Origin: Octopus vulgaris
Lineage: Eukaryota
Length of the DNA stretch: 64,000 bases
Assembly: GCA_951406725.2 (NCBI GenBank)
Contig: OX597814.1
Span: 113,460,001 to 113,524,000 of the forward strand
Direction of reading: 5' to 3'
Part shown: positions 60,512 to 64,000 of the stretch, in pieces
Layout: every line of letters starts with the position of its first letter
Position numbering within the stretch: the stretch's first letter is position 1
Translations under genes and position numbers: made by a program
The notes under the pieces: generated by a model
Told to the model about the DNA's origin: nothing
Databases searched by the model: none
What the model saw: the letters and a program-made list of their open reading frames with translations, nothing else

Positions 60512-60958
60512 ATATATAAATATATGCCTTGTGGGTATTCATTCTTGAATAGAGTGAAATGACAATAGGATCTAACGAACAAATTATCTGAAACAATCTC
60601 CTTAAAGAAATACATTTTACACGTTTGGCATTTGACACTTTTGATGACTATTAGTGATTACACACACAGTATGAAAATTATATCATCTCAGAAATGTACA
60701 ATGGGTGTAATGATAGGAGGAAACAATTGTGTAGCAATGAAGCGAAAAATATCGTTCAAACCATTTTATATTCATCGTTATGATGTCACATATATATATT
60801 TACACGCATCTTTAAATATTTCTTAAAATATGTGTATTAATTTCTTGGTAATTTTTCAAAAATCGGTCCCTTCACACAACGCGTGCGTATCGTATGTGAG
60901 TAGGAAAAAATGACTACATACATACATACATACATACATACATAATACATACATACAC

Positions 60959-60989
<31 letters not shown>

Positions 60990-61072
60990 TACATATGTTT
61001 ATACATATATATATATAAATTTAATTATAGATACTGTATTGACATGTAAATATTTATATATTTATCTATATA

Positions 61073-61123
<51 letters not shown>

Positions 61124-61164
61124 TGTATGGACGTGTAAATATTTATATATCTATGTATGTATCT

Positions 61165-61207
<43 letters not shown>

Positions 61208-61337
61208 CTAATATAAATAGTTATATATATATATATATGAATATGTATGAAGATTGCTCAACATTTTAAAACTGATGTAATACAGTGTTTAATTAAATGA
61301 AGTAGCATGAAGCAATTGTATTACTCTACCTTATATG

Positions 61338-61390
<53 letters not shown>

Positions 61391-61653
61391 ACACTAATAT
61401 AAATAGCAGCTTGCAATGTTTCAACAAAAAGGAAAACTATAATCGTCATTAAATGTGACTAGGGTGTTATAAACATCCACATTGCTAGAAATAGGGGCTA
61501 AAATGCTCTGATGATGTGGTAAAAGCACATAACTGCGTATGTGCGTATCTGTGTGTGTGTGTATATGTATATTTCTATATATCTATGTATATATATATGT
61601 ATCTATGTACTTATATATAAATATGTATATATATATATGTATGTGTATATGTA

Positions 61654-61684
<31 letters not shown>

Positions 61685-62114
61685 GTATGCATATATGTAT
61701 GCATATATGTATGATATATATGTATGTTTATATGTATGATATATATATATATATGTATATATGTATGATATATATATATATATGTATATATGTATGATAT
61801 ATATATATATGTATATATGTATGATATATATATATATATTTGTATATATGTATGATATATATATATATATATATATGTATGTATATATGTATGTATATAT
61901 GTATGATATATATGCATGTATGTATATGATACCTATGTATATTTATATGTATTATGTATGTATGTATATATGTATGTATATATGTATGTATATATGTTTG
62001 ATATATATACATGTATGTATATGATACCTATGTATATTTATATGTATTATGTATGCATGATTATATATGTATGTTTGTATGTGTATGTATCTATGTATGT
62101 ATATGAATATCTTT

Positions 62115-63187
62115 GAATCTGAATTTATTGTATGTATTTGTTCGTTTATATGTATATGACTGTTTTTATGTTCAATTATAAGAAAACCAATTTTACTTTA
62201 TTTCTATATTTTGTAGAGTACAATGTTATTAGTCGTAAATAAGAATATTATTGACCATTACTTTGAGGTTTCAGGCAGCTAGCGTCTCAAATTTATGAAG
62301 AAACATTCGACTAGAATGAATAATCCGAGAGTTCTATCCACTGGAACCCACAAAAAAGTCATTGTCGCAATAAATTCCGATACAGTGGGAATCTAGGATC
62401 TTTTGGTTTGAACGGCAGTTTGTAACATAATTTCTTGGTAACCAAGATACTAGGGTTATAATTATGGGTGAATATTTCATACGACTGCGCTATAAAAAAC
62501 TTATCGGTGTCATATGAATTTGTCACCCATAATTATAACCCTAGTATCGATCTATTGCATTTCAATCTATTTTAGATTTAGGGTTAGAGTTAGGGTTAGT
62601 TAGGGTTAGGGGTGGGGAAAGGGTATTTTTTTTCTTCACAAATGTAAATATACCCAATCTGTTTCGTAAACGAGGGACATATTCATTATGCACAGAATAT
62701 TATTTACGTCAGTGGAGGTAATTAATTGGTTAAAATTGCCGAAATGCAAGAAATTTTAGACGAAATATGTTACAAACTATAGAATTTTCTCAATAAAGCC
62801 AAGAGAAAATGATGTTTTATAAACACACTCTACCAGTATACGAAGTTTAAAATTTTTTAGTTACCAAGAAATTATGTTACAAACTGCCGTTCAAACCAAA
62901 AGATCCTAGATTCCCACTGTATCGGAATTTATTGCGACAATGACTTTTTCGTGGGTTCCAGTGGATAGAACTCTCGGATAATTCATTCTAGTCGAATGTT
63001 TCTTCATAAATTTGAGACGCTAGCTGCCTGAAACCTCGAAGTAATGGTCAATAATATTCTTATTTACGACTAATAACATTGTACTCTACAAAATATAGAA
63101 ATAAAGTAAAATTGGTTTTCTTATAATTGAACATAAAAACAGTCATATACATATAAACGAACAAATACATACAATAAATTCAGATTC
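62115..63187. repeat. Large inverted duplication: 328-bp arms 62115-62442 / 62860-63187
   Basis: Reverse-complement arms with ~3 mismatches. Confidence 0.95.
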
Positions 63188-63237
63188 TAGTTACGTAGAA
63201 ATTATGTTAAAAACTGCCGTTCAAACTGAAAAGATCC
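62396..63237. mobile_element. MITE with 8-bp TSD and internal TTAGGG-like repeats
   Basis: TIR GGATCTTTTGGTTTGAACGGCAGTTT.. / ..AAACTGCCGTTCAAACTGAAAAGATCC; TSD GGAATCTA at 62388-62395 and 63238-63245; TTAGGG-like tract ~62573-62612. Confidence 0.85.
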
Positions 63238-63337
63238 GGAATCTATAACCTCTGGAATGTAGAGAACTACACACGCACGCACACACACACACACACACGC
63301 ACACGCACACACCTACGTATATACATATATACACAAA

Positions 63338-63491
63338 AGTGGCTGTGTGGCAAGTAGCGTGCTTACCAACTACATGGTTCCGGGTTCAGTCCCACTGCGT
63401 GGCACCTTACCCGAGCGTCTTCTACTATAGCCTTTGGCCAACCAAAGCCTTGTGAGTGGATTTGGTAGACGGAAACGGAAAGAAGCCCGTC

Positions 63492-63536
<45 letters not shown>

Positions 63537-63665
63537 TGCGAGTGTGTGTGTGTGTTTGTCCCCCATCATCGCTTGGCAACCGATGTTGGTGTGTTTACGT
63601 CTCCGTAACTTAGCGGTTCGGCAAAAGATACCGATAGAATAAGTACTTGGCTTACAAAGAATAAG
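63338..63665 (+). mobile_element. SINE family A, 3'-truncated
   Basis: Match to the family pattern. Confidence 0.8.
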
Positions 63666-64000
63666 ATACATAAGACATTAAGGTTTAATGTCTTATGTAT
63701 CTAATAATATGTGTGTATATATGTATCTGTTTGTGTGTGCGCGAGCTTGTATGCATATGTATATATGTGTGTATATATAATGTGTCTATACAATATGCAT
63801 GTTTATATTTATATGTGTGTATATATGTAAGTATATATATATACAAATTGAGATAGGGGTTGTAAATGCAACCCTTCAGGGGATAACATATATCCAATAT
63901 ACTGCCAGTGAAGTACCCAACAAATTTAATACATAAATATTAAGAATTGCGATGCAATTATTTCATTTACTGTATTATATGGGCAAAGGTAAATTGATTT

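Noticed and set aside
62573-62612. True telomere or chromosome fusion site
   Set aside because: Short, imperfect and internal to a TSD-bounded MITE

Overview
Eukaryotic, AT-rich, microsatellite-saturated animal DNA; the repeat content looks like an octopod cephalopod (inference). Only one host coding exon is supported: a 970-nt first coding exon of a Tbx1/10 (org-1)-like T-box gene (31416-32385, +). It carries an eh1 motif, is greatly inflated by polyQ/H/T/N tracts and ends at a phase-1 GT donor; no downstream T-box exon was recognised in the remaining 31.6 kb. Nearly all other listed ORFs are translations of simple repeats. The rest is a transposon mosaic: three tRNA-derived SINE families, Helitron/HINE elements, mariner and hAT relics/MITEs, an R4/Dong LINE 3' end and a Penelope-like (PLE) GIY-YIG relic. 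The main discovery is a set of type I hammerhead ribozyme (HHR)-bearing, (TA)n-inserted PLE/retrozyme-like elements. These include (i) a 6.1x560-bp near-identical tandem array plus one inverted monomer, each full unit carrying an HHR, and (ii) a 4-kb PLE bounded by perfect 142-bp HHR-containing inverted repeats whose ~3.5-kb 3' UTR is made of mosaic microsatellite. Several HHRs also lie sense to the Tbx1 intron. Template-switch palindromes (146-bp and 328-bp arms) are present too. All structures were read by eye; no alignments or folding were computed, and repeat boundaries are approximate unless TIR/TSD coordinates are given.
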